NCBI GenBank assembly: GCA_023957835.1
Contig: JAMLGP010000001.1
Coordinates: 115,575 to 179,574 of the forward strand
Direction of reading: 5' to 3'
DNA length: 64,000 nucleotides
Source: Homoserinimonas sp.
GTDB lineage: Bacteria; Actinomycetota; Actinomycetes; Actinomycetales; Microbacteriaceae
Positions 19,243 through 27,965 of this stretch are shown in pieces (the first letter of the stretch is position 1; every line of letters starts with the position of its first letter). The notes under the pieces are model-generated. The model had not been told where the DNA came from and searched no databases. It was given only the letters and a program-made list of their open reading frames with translations. Position numbers and translations under genes: made by a program.

Positions 19243-19884
19243 GTGATAATTCCAACCCTCAGCGAGGGAACAGTGACTATCAGGAGCATCCGGGTGAGGG
19301 ATGCCAGACCGCTCGAGAAGGAACTTCGCGAGAACCGTTCCTGGCTTCGCCGCTGGGAGGCGACTGTGCCGGGAGGTGCGCCGATCGGGGATGTCAGGGC
19401 GAGCATCCGGGGACTGCTTGCCAATGCCAAGGCCGGTCACGGGTTGCCGTTCGTAATGGAGTACCAGGGCGAGATCGCCGGGCAGTTGAATGTCTCGTCG
19501 ATCCACTGGGGGAGCATGGCAAGCGCGACGATCGGCTATTGGGTCGGCGAGGAGTTCGCGGGCAAGGGAGTGACCCCAACTTCGGTCGCTCTTGCAACCG
19601 ACTACTGTTTTTTCGACCTCGGGCTGCACCGAATGGAAATCTGCATTCGGCCCGAGAATGCTCCTTCGCTTCGGGTCGTTGAGAAGCTCGGTTTTCGTTT
19701 CGAAGGGCTGCGCAGGAGATTCATCCACATCGACGGAGACTGGCGGGACCACTTCTGTTTTGCGCTGACTTCAGAGGAACTGCCCATGGGCGTACTAAGG
19801 CGCTGGCTCGATGGCAAAGTACCTGCCGGTGCCGGTCAGGTGCCGGAGGACGTTCGGGCGGCCGCGCGAGTCCCGCTGCTCTAG
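19243..19884 (+). CDS. GNAT family N-acetyltransferase (RimJ/RimL-like)
   Basis: The GYWVGEEFAGKGV and NAPSLRVVEKLGFRFEG motifs are typical of RimJ-type acetyltransferases. Confidence 0.8.
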   Translation: MIIPTLSEGTVTIRSIRVRDARPLEKELRENRSWLRRWEATVPGGAPIGDVRASIRGLLANAKAGHGLPFVMEYQGEIAGQLNVSSIHWGSMASATIGYWVGEEFAGKGVTPTSVALATDYCFFDLGLHRMEICIRPENAPSLRVVEKLGFRFEGLRRRFIHIDGDWRDHFCFALTSEELPMGVLRRWLDGKVPAGAGQVPEDVRAAARVPLL

Positions 19885-19976
19885 AGCGCTGCTTTTGCCG
19901 GCTTTATTTGCCGATAGTCGGCTGGCAAATCGCCCCAGGCAGCAGGCGGTTTCGGCGTGCCTGAGCGCCCGCGCGG

Positions 19977-20990
19977 GTGCCGCTACCTAACGTTGAGGTC
20001 ATGGGAATCGACGGCATCGGATCGAGCGTGATCATCGCGCTTTCCGCGGTGCTTTGGTTTCTGTACTTGGTTCCAACCTGGTTCCGGCGGCGCGAGTATC
20101 TGGCAACTGAGCGCAATGCGGTTCGGCTGCAGCAGACGGTGCGAATCATGGCCGAGAGCGCCGAGATCCCCGAGCCGGTTCGGATTGCAGTCGATGCGCG
20201 CAGCGTCGCCGAACAACGAAAGGCTCTAAGGCGAATGCAGGCCGCACCGCGCTACCGCCGGTCGAACCCTATGAGTGTTGACCCCGGCGCCCGGGGTTAC
20301 TACTCGACCCCGATCGGCGCGTCGATCGCGGATGCCCGAAAGGCCGCGAGGCGGCTGCGGCGATCCCGTGCGATAACTTCGCTCGTGCTGCTGGCCGCAC
20401 TGGTTGCCACCGGATTCGGAGTCTGGACGGTCTTGGCAGGGGGATCCTGGCTGCTGCTCGTGTCATCCGCGCTGATTGTCATCGGATGCTTCGCCCTGCT
20501 TCAGCAGGCGGCCTCGGTCGCCAGGGCGCGGGCACAGTTGAGGCCGGTTGCTGTCGCCCCGGCGGTCGGACGTGGAATCTACGATGAGGCGGACTACGCC
20601 GCACCCAGGCGGCAGGCCTGGACTCCGGTTCCGGTTCCGCGGCCGCTGTACTTGCGGGAGTCGGACACGGACTTGTCGCAAGCAGAAGTTGACGATCTTG
20701 TTGAGTCCGAAGTTGCCCAAGAGTCCGCCGCCCAGCCGCGCAGAGTGGCAGAGCACGTGGCGCTGCTTCAGGCCGCGGAAGAGGCGGAGCGCGCGCTGCG
20801 GCTGGCTCAGGCCGAGCGCGAGGTGACCCGAATTGACAGCCGGCCCGCCGCATCCGATCCAGTGCCGGTGCGTACTCGCGAGCAGGCGCTTGCAGAATCC
20901 CGATACGCCCGCATGGGCATCGTCGAGCCCTCCACCGGTACCGGCCCCGATCTGGACGAGATCCTTCGCCGCCGCCGCGCCGCCGGCTGA
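19977..20990 (+). CDS. hypothetical membrane protein
   Basis: Coding-like frame with two or three TM segments and an Ala/Arg-rich remainder. The start may instead be the ATG at 20001. Confidence 0.5.
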   Translation: MPLPNVEVMGIDGIGSSVIIALSAVLWFLYLVPTWFRRREYLATERNAVRLQQTVRIMAESAEIPEPVRIAVDARSVAEQRKALRRMQAAPRYRRSNPMSVDPGARGYYSTPIGASIADARKAARRLRRSRAITSLVLLAALVATGFGVWTVLAGGSWLLLVSSALIVIGCFALLQQAASVARARAQLRPVAVAPAVGRGIYDEADYAAPRRQAWTPVPVPRPLYLRESDTDLSQAEVDDLVESEVAQESAAQPRRVAEHVALLQAAEEAERALRLAQAEREVTRIDSRPAASDPVPVRTREQALAESRYARMGIVEPSTGTGPDLDEILRRRRAAG

Positions 20991-21050
20991 TTCCCGCCTG
21001 GCTCGACTGCCAACCATCCGGCCGCTCGTGATAACGTTGCTAGGCAACCT

Positions 21051-21126
21051 GGGGCTATGGCGCAGTTGGTAGCGCGTCTCGTTCGCAATGAGAAGGTCAG
21101 GGGTTCGAATCCCCTTAGCTCCACCA
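21051..21126 (+). tRNA. tRNA-Ala (anticodon CGC), encoded CCA
   Basis: A 76-nt cloverleaf was folded by hand: acceptor GGGGCTA/TAGCTCC with the G3:U70 alanine identity pair, anticodon loop TTCGCAA, and T-arm AGGGG-TTCGAAT-CCCCT. Confidence 0.95.
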
Positions 21127-21195
21127 AAAATGAGGGTTACTCATGTTGCCCTGCATCTGCTCGGAACTTCAACCAGCTGCTTGGATTCAGCATCC

Positions 21196-21558
21196 TTACA
21201 CCCTGATACTCACCAAGTGTGAGCAGATCCTTGTCTCCAGTAACGATGATGGGTGCCTTCGCCGAATTGCTGTCTCAAGCACAAGATCGTCGTCTGGATC
21301 TCTGGAGACTTCTAGCCTCAGTGGACCGAGTCGGACAAAGTGGATATAGTCACTGAAGAGTGTCAACATTGCCTCCAGATCATCGCCGAAGGTTGCGAAC
21401 TTGACGCTGACTAGTCGCCGAATTTCTTCAATGATTTCCGCGCTCATTGCAACTTGGATACCCACTTCAAGTACGGTTTCGAATACTGCTCTGGGTGCGC
21501 CTCCAAAGACGAGAGCTGAGATCCATACGTTGGAATCGACTACGACTCGTGACTCCAT
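21196..21558 (-). CDS. PIN-domain toxin (VapC-like)
   Basis: MESRVVVDSNVWISALVFGG N-terminus with conserved acidic residues. Its start overlaps the stop of the upstream RHH gene. The local sequence is AT-rich. Confidence 0.75.
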   Translation of the reverse strand: MESRVVVDSNVWISALVFGGAPRAVFETVLEVGIQVAMSAEIIEEIRRLVSVKFATFGDDLEAMLTLFSDYIHFVRLGPLRLEVSRDPDDDLVLETAIRRRHPSSLLETRICSHLVSIRV

Positions 21559-21562
21559 CAGC

Positions 21563-21790
21563 TCAATTGCTGATCGTGTCGTAGACCTGCTGCTCCGAGG
21601 TGTAGCCAAGTTCACGGCCCTTGGCGTTTGCGTTGTCCAGGATCACCTGGAGTGCCTGCTCTGATCTCAATTGCTTTACAACCGCACGTCGAATGTATTC
21701 GCTTCTGGAAGTGAATTCGGTCCGCGCCTGTTTGTCGATGAGTTCAACAAGCTCCTTCGGAAGAGAGATGTTGAAAGTTTGAGATGCCAT
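21563..21790 (-). CDS. ribbon-helix-helix (CopG-like) antitoxin
   Basis: MASQTFNISLPKELVELIDKQARTEFTSRSEYIRRAV is a classic RHH N-terminus. It lies directly upstream of the PIN gene. Confidence 0.7.
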   Translation of the reverse strand: MASQTFNISLPKELVELIDKQARTEFTSRSEYIRRAVVKQLRSEQALQVILDNANAKGRELGYTSEQQVYDTISN

Positions 21791-22030
21791 ACAAATATTG
21801 TATATGTCCAATACAGGTCCGTCTCTGTAAGTGAAGCAAGCGTTCCCCTCGGGTGGGCACTGACTAATCGGAATCAGTTTGCCGAAGAATCTCCGAGAGT
21901 TTGGCTAGTCGGACTCAATTGTGGAAAACCCCGCTGATTCAGCGACTGGCAGGAGTACGTCCTTGACATCCGTCGCTCCTTCGGGAGGGCTACTTACCGC
22001 ACCAGAACGAAGACAATCATTAAGGAACCT

Positions 22031-22963
22031 TTAGTTCTGAGCATCCGAAACAGAGCCGTAGATGCCGAGCACGTAGTCCCAAAATGCGCGCACGTCGAGT
22101 TTCACGGGGACGAGCGCGTTGGGGGCGCTCGAACGAAAGTCGGTGACGGTCATCCCGGCGGTGAACTTGCCTTCGGTTTCGACCTCAACTTGCGCAGGAA
22201 CGCTCCTGAAAAGGTCGGGTCGGCTAAGGAAGGCGACAGCGCACACGTCGTGTACGGCCTGACCGCCCCAGTCCGGGTCCTGCGGATCGTTCCAGAATGT
22301 CGAAAGCGGCACCACGAAGTTGCGGCCGAGCGAGCCGAGGGCGAGCATCCGTTCCTTGATTCGATCATCGACGAGTGCCTGCAGGGTGAGGTCGAGTCCG
22401 ACCATGGTCACTTGCCAGCCGGCCGCGAAGACTTCGGCGGCGGCCTCCGGGTCGGCGTAAATGTTGAATTCGGCCGCCGGGGTCGTGTTGCCGCGAGTGA
22501 ACGAACCGCCCATGATCGTGAACGAGGCCGCCCACTGGGCGATTCGCGGTTCGGCCCTGAGTGCAAGCGCTATATTCGTCAGCGGCCCGGTCGCAAGCAG
22601 GTGAACCTGGCCGGGGGATGCCGCAATCGTTTCGACAATTAGCTCTACAGCACCGCGCGGGTCGAGCGGGAGACTCGCTCGCGGAAGCACCACGTCACCG
22701 AGCCCGCCGATGCCGTGAACCTCGGCGGCATTCCTGGCCTCCCGCACGAGTGGACCGGCTGCTCCGGCGGCAACCGGCACTTGCGGGAAGCCGAGGTACT
22801 CGCGCAAATCGAGCGCATTTCGGGTTGTCGTCTCAAGCGACACGTTGCCGCCGACTGCGGTGACCGCGACCAACTCCAGCCCCGGGTCGCCGTGGGCTAG
22901 CAGAATTGCGAGAGCGTCATCCAGGCCCGGGTCGCAGTCGAGCAGCAGTTTCCTGGCGGTCAC
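22031..22963 (-). CDS. nucleoside hydrolase (second paralogue)
   Basis: LDCDPGLDDALAILLA N-terminal motif; 310 aa. Confidence 0.88.
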   Translation of the reverse strand: MTARKLLLDCDPGLDDALAILLAHGDPGLELVAVTAVGGNVSLETTTRNALDLREYLGFPQVPVAAGAAGPLVREARNAAEVHGIGGLGDVVLPRASLPLDPRGAVELIVETIAASPGQVHLLATGPLTNIALALRAEPRIAQWAASFTIMGGSFTRGNTTPAAEFNIYADPEAAAEVFAAGWQVTMVGLDLTLQALVDDRIKERMLALGSLGRNFVVPLSTFWNDPQDPDWGGQAVHDVCAVAFLSRPDLFRSVPAQVEVETEGKFTAGMTVTDFRSSAPNALVPVKLDVRAFWDYVLGIYGSVSDAQN

Positions 22964-22972
22964 GCCCCAAGC

Positions 22973-23569
22973 CTAGTGAGCAAGCGCCTCCGGGATTGCG
23001 GCGAGGTACGCCTCTTCGTCGAACCCTTTGATTAGCACTCGCTGGACCATGAACCCCTGGCCGATGCTCATGAGTATCGGGGTGACATTATTTGCCCAGG
23101 CGCTCGGATTCGGACCCGACCGGTTTGGGTTGGCCTTTGCCCAGGCGACGAGTTGATCGTGGATCGTCGACTGCAGCGGCCGGATTCCTTCCTCGATGAT
23201 GTCAAGGAAGTCCGGGGAGACCGCAGCCTCCGCCCAAATCTGCAGAAGGAAGTGGCTGAACTTCTCGTTTCGCATTCCGCGGATAATGACGGTGATTATC
23301 TCCGCAGGAGACAGTGGATCGCCGCCCTTTCTGCTGATGGCCAGCTCGAAGAGTCGAGCTTCCATCGTGCGCAGTGCAACAGAGACGACGAGTTCGCGCT
23401 TTCCGCTGAAGTGGCTGTAGATGGCGCCGGCGGACATCCCGGATTCTGCGATTATGTCTGCCATAGAGGTGTTCTGGAAGCCTTTGGCCGCGAACACCCG
23501 CAGTGCGGCGACAATGATCTCTTCGCGCCGGGCGGCTCGATGTTCGTCTGAAACCTTCGGCACTTGCAT
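22973..23569 (-). CDS. TetR family transcriptional regulator
   Basis: HTH region REEIIVAALRVFAAKGFQNTSMADIIAESGMSAGAIYSHF. The likely start is the Met at 23569 (MQVPKVSDE). Confidence 0.85.
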   Translation of the reverse strand: MQVPKVSDEHRAARREEIIVAALRVFAAKGFQNTSMADIIAESGMSAGAIYSHFSGKRELVVSVALRTMEARLFELAISRKGGDPLSPAEIITVIIRGMRNEKFSHFLLQIWAEAAVSPDFLDIIEEGIRPLQSTIHDQLVAWAKANPNRSGPNPSAWANNVTPILMSIGQGFMVQRVLIKGFDEEAYLAAIPEALAH

Positions 23570-23693
23570 CCCCCTGAGAGAGTTTTCGGATCTTCTTGAC
23601 AAGACTACGAGTTGAGCGCAGGATAATAAAGAACGAACATTCGTTTTATTTGAATTTGACTCAGTACTATCCAAGACTCAACTGGAGACGAAA

Positions 23694-24800
23694 ATGTCGC
23701 AGCTTTCAATCAAGAACGATCGATCGCCGATTGGAATGGTGGTCGGAGTAGGAATCGCCCTCGCGGCTCTCGTAGCCGTCATAGTTCTCGCCTTCGCCTG
23801 GCCGTCGGTTACCGCCGAGCCGAAGGATCTCCCGATCGCAATCAGCGGTCCGAGCCAGGCGGTCGATGGCGCCAAGGCGGCGGTCGAGCAGATGCAGCCT
23901 GGTGCGATTGCCTTCAAGCAGCTGGACAGTCGCGAGGCAGCGGTTGACGCGATTGAGTCGCGCGAGGTTTACGGGGCGATCGTGCTCGGACAAAGCCCTG
24001 AGGTTCTGACTTCTTCGGCCGCGAGCACTGTTGTTACCCAAATGCTCAGCGCAGTGGCCGCGAACCTCGAGGAAGGCGTCAACGCGCAGGCGGCGGCAGC
24101 GGCTCAGGCGGCCGGGGCACCGACCGCGCCACCGCACATTGATGTTCCGGTGACGGATGTCGTGCCGCTTGCCGACACAGACCCGCGCGGCACGGGGCTC
24201 GCGGCCGCGCTCTTCCCACTCGTGCTCGGCGGAATGATCGGCGGAATCGCGATCTCGATCGTCATCGGCGGAGCGCTGCGCAGGGTTTCTGCCGTACTCG
24301 TCTACGCGGTGGTCGGCGGCTTCACCCTGCCTGCCATTCTTCAGGGCTGGTTCGGCGCTCTGCAGGGCGACTACCTGCTGAACTCTGCGGCCTTCGCACT
24401 CGCGCTCGCAGCAATCGCCAGCGCGATCACCGGCTTCGCAGGCCTGCTAGGCCGTGCCGGGGTTGCCCTCGGTGCCGTGACGATCCTCCTGATCGCCAAC
24501 CCGATTTCTGCGGCCGTGTTCCCGAAGGAATTCATCCTGCAGCCTTGGGGAGACGTCGGCCAGTGGTTCCCGCCTGGAGCGGCTTCGACCCTCCTTCGCA
24601 ACCTCTCCTACTTCCCGAGCGCGGATGTCCTCTTCCCCTGGCTGGTCCTGGCCGGCTGGACAGTTGTCGGCCTACTGCTCTCGGTCGTCGGCCACTTCCG
24701 GAACTCTCGAGGGGAGGCGGCGGTGTCGGCTCCGGCTCCTGCTCCTGCTCCTGCTTCGGCTCCTGCTTCGGCTTCGGCTGAGTCGGCTGCGGTTGCCTGA
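23694..24800 (+). CDS. YhgE/Pip-like (ABC-2/DUF3533-type) membrane protein with a Pro/Ala/Ser repeat tail
   Basis: N-terminal TM segment, a soluble domain of about 130 aa, then 5 TM segments, ending in APAPAPAPASAPASASAESAAVA. It is divergent from the TetR gene. Confidence 0.6.
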   Translation: MSQLSIKNDRSPIGMVVGVGIALAALVAVIVLAFAWPSVTAEPKDLPIAISGPSQAVDGAKAAVEQMQPGAIAFKQLDSREAAVDAIESREVYGAIVLGQSPEVLTSSAASTVVTQMLSAVAANLEEGVNAQAAAAAQAAGAPTAPPHIDVPVTDVVPLADTDPRGTGLAAALFPLVLGGMIGGIAISIVIGGALRRVSAVLVYAVVGGFTLPAILQGWFGALQGDYLLNSAAFALALAAIASAITGFAGLLGRAGVALGAVTILLIANPISAAVFPKEFILQPWGDVGQWFPPGAASTLLRNLSYFPSADVLFPWLVLAGWTVVGLLLSVVGHFRNSRGEAAVSAPAPAPAPASAPASASAESAAVA

Positions 24801-24812
24801 CCCCGAAGTCGG

Positions 24813-24922
24813 CTAATCCATCGCGAGGCCGCGCTCAATTGCGAGCGCGGTCTCGGTCGTTCCGGCGTCGATCTTGAGCGTGGCCTGGTCGTCGCCGCGG
24901 GTGCTGCCTCGGTTGACGACCA
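24813..24922 (-). pseudogene. orphan 3' fragment of the sirtuin gene (about 35 codons with its own stop, ...ERGLAMD*)
   Basis: 96/100 nt identical to 26328..26427, the 3' end of the intact Sir2 gene. No upstream coding continuation. Confidence 0.8.
24823..24922. repeat. left copy of a 100-bp direct repeat bracketing the AT-rich insertion
   Basis: Aligned base by base with 26328..26427 (4 mismatches). The sequences diverge immediately inside the repeat. Confidence 0.9.
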
Positions 24923-25052
24923 TTACCGCAACTAATTGAAGAGCTCAACTTTAATTGCCTTAAGTTCGACCACGAGTGTGTAGATCCAATTTATCTCCCT
25001 TGCGTCTCGCTATTCTCAGCAATATGTTTACCCAAAATGGTTGGGGGAAATT

Positions 25053-26294
25053 ATGCGACGAGGCTATGCGGTTCTTGATTTCGAAACGACTGGCTTCTCT
25101 CCAAGAAATGGTGATCGTGTGGTGGAGATTGGGGCGGTTTATCTTGGACCTGATCTACGTATAGATGGCGGCATTGAAACACTGGTGAATCCGCTCAGAG
25201 ACGTAGGGCCGACGAGAATTCACGGTATTTCTCCGTCAGATGTCTTTGATGCGCCAACCTTTGAGCAAATAGCACCATCATTGATAGATTTTCTTGACGG
25301 TCGAGTAATTGTTGGCCACAACGTCTCGTTCGACCTTCGATTCCTCGAAGCTGAACTTCAGGCAGCCGGATATAAACCTCCAGAGTTCATTGCAATTGAT
25401 ACGTTGAGTACGGCTCGGTCTCTGCTAGCAACGCGCAATCTGCCATCCTTCAAACTCGTGGACGTCGGACACTTCCTTGGAATTGATGTCGATGAAGTGT
25501 GCGAACAAACGGGTGTCGGATCTCGAGCTGCACACACCGCATTAGGTGATGCACTGGTGACTGCCTTTATAACTTCAAGATTCATCGAGTCATCAAAGGG
25601 AGCCGAGTATTGGGATCTGATGTTAGATCGTGCGGAGTCAGCGGTTTGGCCCGAGCGGGTCCAGATCGAAGTCGATGGGAAGCGCAGGGGGGAAGACTCG
25701 TCGGAAAGACAGGCCCACACGATTTCAGAAGTGGTGTCAGCAATCGGGAAATCAGACCTCACGACCGGTTCGACATCTGAATATACGACTCAGCTTGAAG
25801 AGGCAATGCTCGATCGAATACTTACAGAAGAAGAGATTGATGAGCTCATAGCGTGCGCTACGAATCTCGGCATAGAGGCAGCTACGCTCGGCTCTCTTCA
25901 TCGAGGTCTGTTTGATCGAATTGTTCAGGAGGCCTGGGCAGACGGGAAGCTGACTCTTGAGGAACGCAATGATATTGAGAGAGTTGCCTCTCTACTTGGA
26001 ATTGACAGTGATTCCACTGCCAATGCGCTCTTGAGTAAGTCTGGTCAAGGCAATATTCAGTTTCCCAAAGGCAGCAACATCGTATTGACGGGGGACATGT
26101 CTCGCCCGAGAAGTGAAATTGAGGCAGAGATAAGAAACCTAGGTTTTGTGATCACATCTTCTGTCTCTAGGAAGACATCTCTCGTTATTGCCGCCGACCC
26201 GTACACACTCTCAGGTAAGGGCCGACGAGCAAGGGAACTAGGCGTGCCTGTAGTCACCGAAATCGAGGGACTACAACTTCTCCGAGGTGCTTAG
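25053..26294 (+). CDS. DEDDh 3'-5' exonuclease (DnaQ/epsilon-like) fused to a C-terminal BRCT domain
   Basis: ExoI is AVLDFETTGF, ExoII is GHNVSFDLRFL, and ExoIII is HTALGDALVTA. The C-terminus (NIVLTGDMSRPRSEIEAEIRNLGFVITSSVSRKTSLVIAADPYTLSGKGRRARELGVPVVTE) is BRCT-like. The gene is markedly AT-richer than its flanks. Confidence 0.8.
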   Translation: MRRGYAVLDFETTGFSPRNGDRVVEIGAVYLGPDLRIDGGIETLVNPLRDVGPTRIHGISPSDVFDAPTFEQIAPSLIDFLDGRVIVGHNVSFDLRFLEAELQAAGYKPPEFIAIDTLSTARSLLATRNLPSFKLVDVGHFLGIDVDEVCEQTGVGSRAAHTALGDALVTAFITSRFIESSKGAEYWDLMLDRAESAVWPERVQIEVDGKRRGEDSSERQAHTISEVVSAIGKSDLTTGSTSEYTTQLEEAMLDRILTEEEIDELIACATNLGIEAATLGSLHRGLFDRIVQEAWADGKLTLEERNDIERVASLLGIDSDSTANALLSKSGQGNIQFPKGSNIVLTGDMSRPRSEIEAEIRNLGFVITSSVSRKTSLVIAADPYTLSGKGRRARELGVPVVTEIEGLQLLRGA

Positions 26295-26317
26295 GACTTT
26301 GCGCTGGATCTCTGGAG

Positions 26318-27136
26318 CTACCGAGCTGCGAGGCCGCGCTCAATTGCGAGCGCGGTCTCGGTCGTTCCGGCGTCGAGTTTGAGCGTGGCCTGGTCGTCGC
26401 CGCGGGTGCTGCCGCGGTTGACGATCACGACGGGCTTGCCGGCGCGGGCGGCGTGGTTTACGAAGCGCAGGCCGCTCGCGACGGCGAGGGAGGAACCGAG
26501 GACGAGCAGGGCATCCGCTTCATCGACCATGGCGTAGGAGCGCTCGACTCGCTCGCGCGGCACGTTCTCGCCGAAGAAGACGATCCAGGGTTTGAGGATT
26601 CCGCCGCAGATTTCGCAGGGCGGGACTACGAAGTTTTCGGTTTGCTCGAGGACGGCGTCGGCATCCGGGGCGATTTCGACATCCGCGACCTCGACGTCGA
26701 AGTTCGGATTCGCAAGGTCGAGCCGCAACTGGATGTAGGCGCGGGGGTAGCGGGTGCCGCAATTCATGCAGACCACGGTGTCGCCGCGGCCGTGCAGGTC
26801 GATCACGTTGTTCGACCCGGCGCGCTCGTGCAGCAGATCGACGTTCTGGGTGATGACCCCGAGAGCCAGGCCGCGGGCTTCGAGCCTGCCGACCGCGCGG
26901 TGACCGTCGTTCGGATTCACTTCTCGCATGTGCCGGTAGCCGACGTGGTTGCGGGCCCAGTAGTGGCGGCGAATCTGTTCCGACCCGGTGAACTGCTGGA
27001 AGGTCATGGGGTTTCGCGGCGGAGAGTCCGGACCGCGATAGTCCGGGATGCCCGAGTCGGTCGAGATGCCGGCTCCGGTGAGGATTGCGAACTTCGAACC
27101 AGTGAGTAGCTCTACAGCGTGATCGACCGGTTCCAC
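26318..27136 (-). CDS. cobB: NAD-dependent protein deacylase (Sir2 family)
   Basis: GAGISTDSGIPDYRGP, QNVDLLHERAG, and a Zn ribbon CMNCG...CEICGG; 272 aa. Confidence 0.88.
   Translation of the reverse strand: MEPVDHAVELLTGSKFAILTGAGISTDSGIPDYRGPDSPPRNPMTFQQFTGSEQIRRHYWARNHVGYRHMREVNPNDGHRAVGRLEARGLALGVITQNVDLLHERAGSNNVIDLHGRGDTVVCMNCGTRYPRAYIQLRLDLANPNFDVEVADVEIAPDADAVLEQTENFVVPPCEICGGILKPWIVFFGENVPRERVERSYAMVDEADALLVLGSSLAVASGLRFVNHAARAGKPVVIVNRGSTRGDDQATLKLDAGTTETALAIERGLAAR
26328..26427. repeat. right copy of the 100-bp direct repeat (within the 3' end of the intact sirtuin gene)
   Basis: See 24823..24922. Confidence 0.9.
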
Positions 27137-27173
27137 TGGCCAAATCTAACCCGTGGAACCGGCCGCTCGCAGG

Positions 27174-27836
27174 TTACTTCTTCTTTGAAGAGGTCTTCGC
27201 AGCATCCTTCGCCAGGTCGTGCGGGTTCAGCACCCGGAACGCGAGAGCTGCAATGGCGGCGCCAACCAGCGGAGCCAGAACGTAGAGCCAGAAGAACGCC
27301 CAGTCGAACTGTCCGCTTATCGAAAGGCCGAAAGCAACTGCCGGGTTGAAGCTACCGCCGGAGATTCCGCCAACTGTAGCCGCACCGACGAATACGGTGG
27401 TTCCGATTGCCAGCCCGTAGAAGGAGTTGGTCGGGTGGTCTTTTGAGGTCGCGGTGTTGAGCACAACGAACACGAGCGCGAAGGTGAAGACCAGTTCAGC
27501 GACGAAGGCCGGAACGAGATCCAGTTGCATCGGTCCTTCAGGTGCCTTCCACAGGTCGAGGCTCAGGAACGCGCCGAGGGCCCCACCGATGAGCTGAGAC
27601 ACGATGTAGACGAGAAGTTCCTTAGCGTTGATCGCACCCCGCAGATACGCGCCGAAGGAAACCGCGGGGTTCAGGTGCCCGCCCGAGATGTGCCCGGTCG
27701 CGTAGACCATGACCATTAGCGCGATTCCGATTACCAGCGGCGCGTAGGTCTCTGCGTTGAGTGCGCCGATGATCGAGAAGACGAAGATCAGTGTTCCGAG
27801 TAGCTCTGCCAGTCCTTTGCGAAGCAGCACTCCCAT
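27174..27836 (-). CDS. MIP-family channel (aquaporin/glycerol facilitator)
   Basis: Two NPA boxes (GGHLNPAVSF, GGSFNPAVAF). The likely start is MGVLLRKGLAELLGT at 27836, preceded by AGGGAGAAA. Confidence 0.88.
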   Translation of the reverse strand: MGVLLRKGLAELLGTLIFVFSIIGALNAETYAPLVIGIALMVMVYATGHISGGHLNPAVSFGAYLRGAINAKELLVYIVSQLIGGALGAFLSLDLWKAPEGPMQLDLVPAFVAELVFTFALVFVVLNTATSKDHPTNSFYGLAIGTTVFVGAATVGGISGGSFNPAVAFGLSISGQFDWAFFWLYVLAPLVGAAIAALAFRVLNPHDLAKDAAKTSSKKK

Positions 27837-27965
27837 TTGTTTTCTCCCTTGAACGGATTGAACTGATTGAACGGATGTCCGGATCGGCCGCTCTCGCAGC
27901 CCCGATTTCACCCGACCGCTCCATTATTGCGGAGGGGTGAGCGCGAAGGCTGTTACTTGAGTGCG

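Noticed and set aside
21975-21995. Hairpin ctcc-ttcg-ggag resembling the tracrRNA terminator hairpin (gccctcc-ttcg-ggagggc)
   Set aside because: It is a short, common GC-stem/UUCG-loop hairpin. The similarity is limited to the tetraloop stem and is most simply a coincidental terminator-like structure downstream of the nucleoside hydrolase gene.
26318-27136. Sir2-family gene as a possible defence (Sir2-effector) system next to the foreign exonuclease cassette
   Set aside because: The protein is a compact 272-aa CobB-type deacylase with the canonical NAD pocket and a four-Cys zinc ribbon. It has no fused sensor domain, and its GC matches the host. It looks like the integration target, not part of a defence operon.
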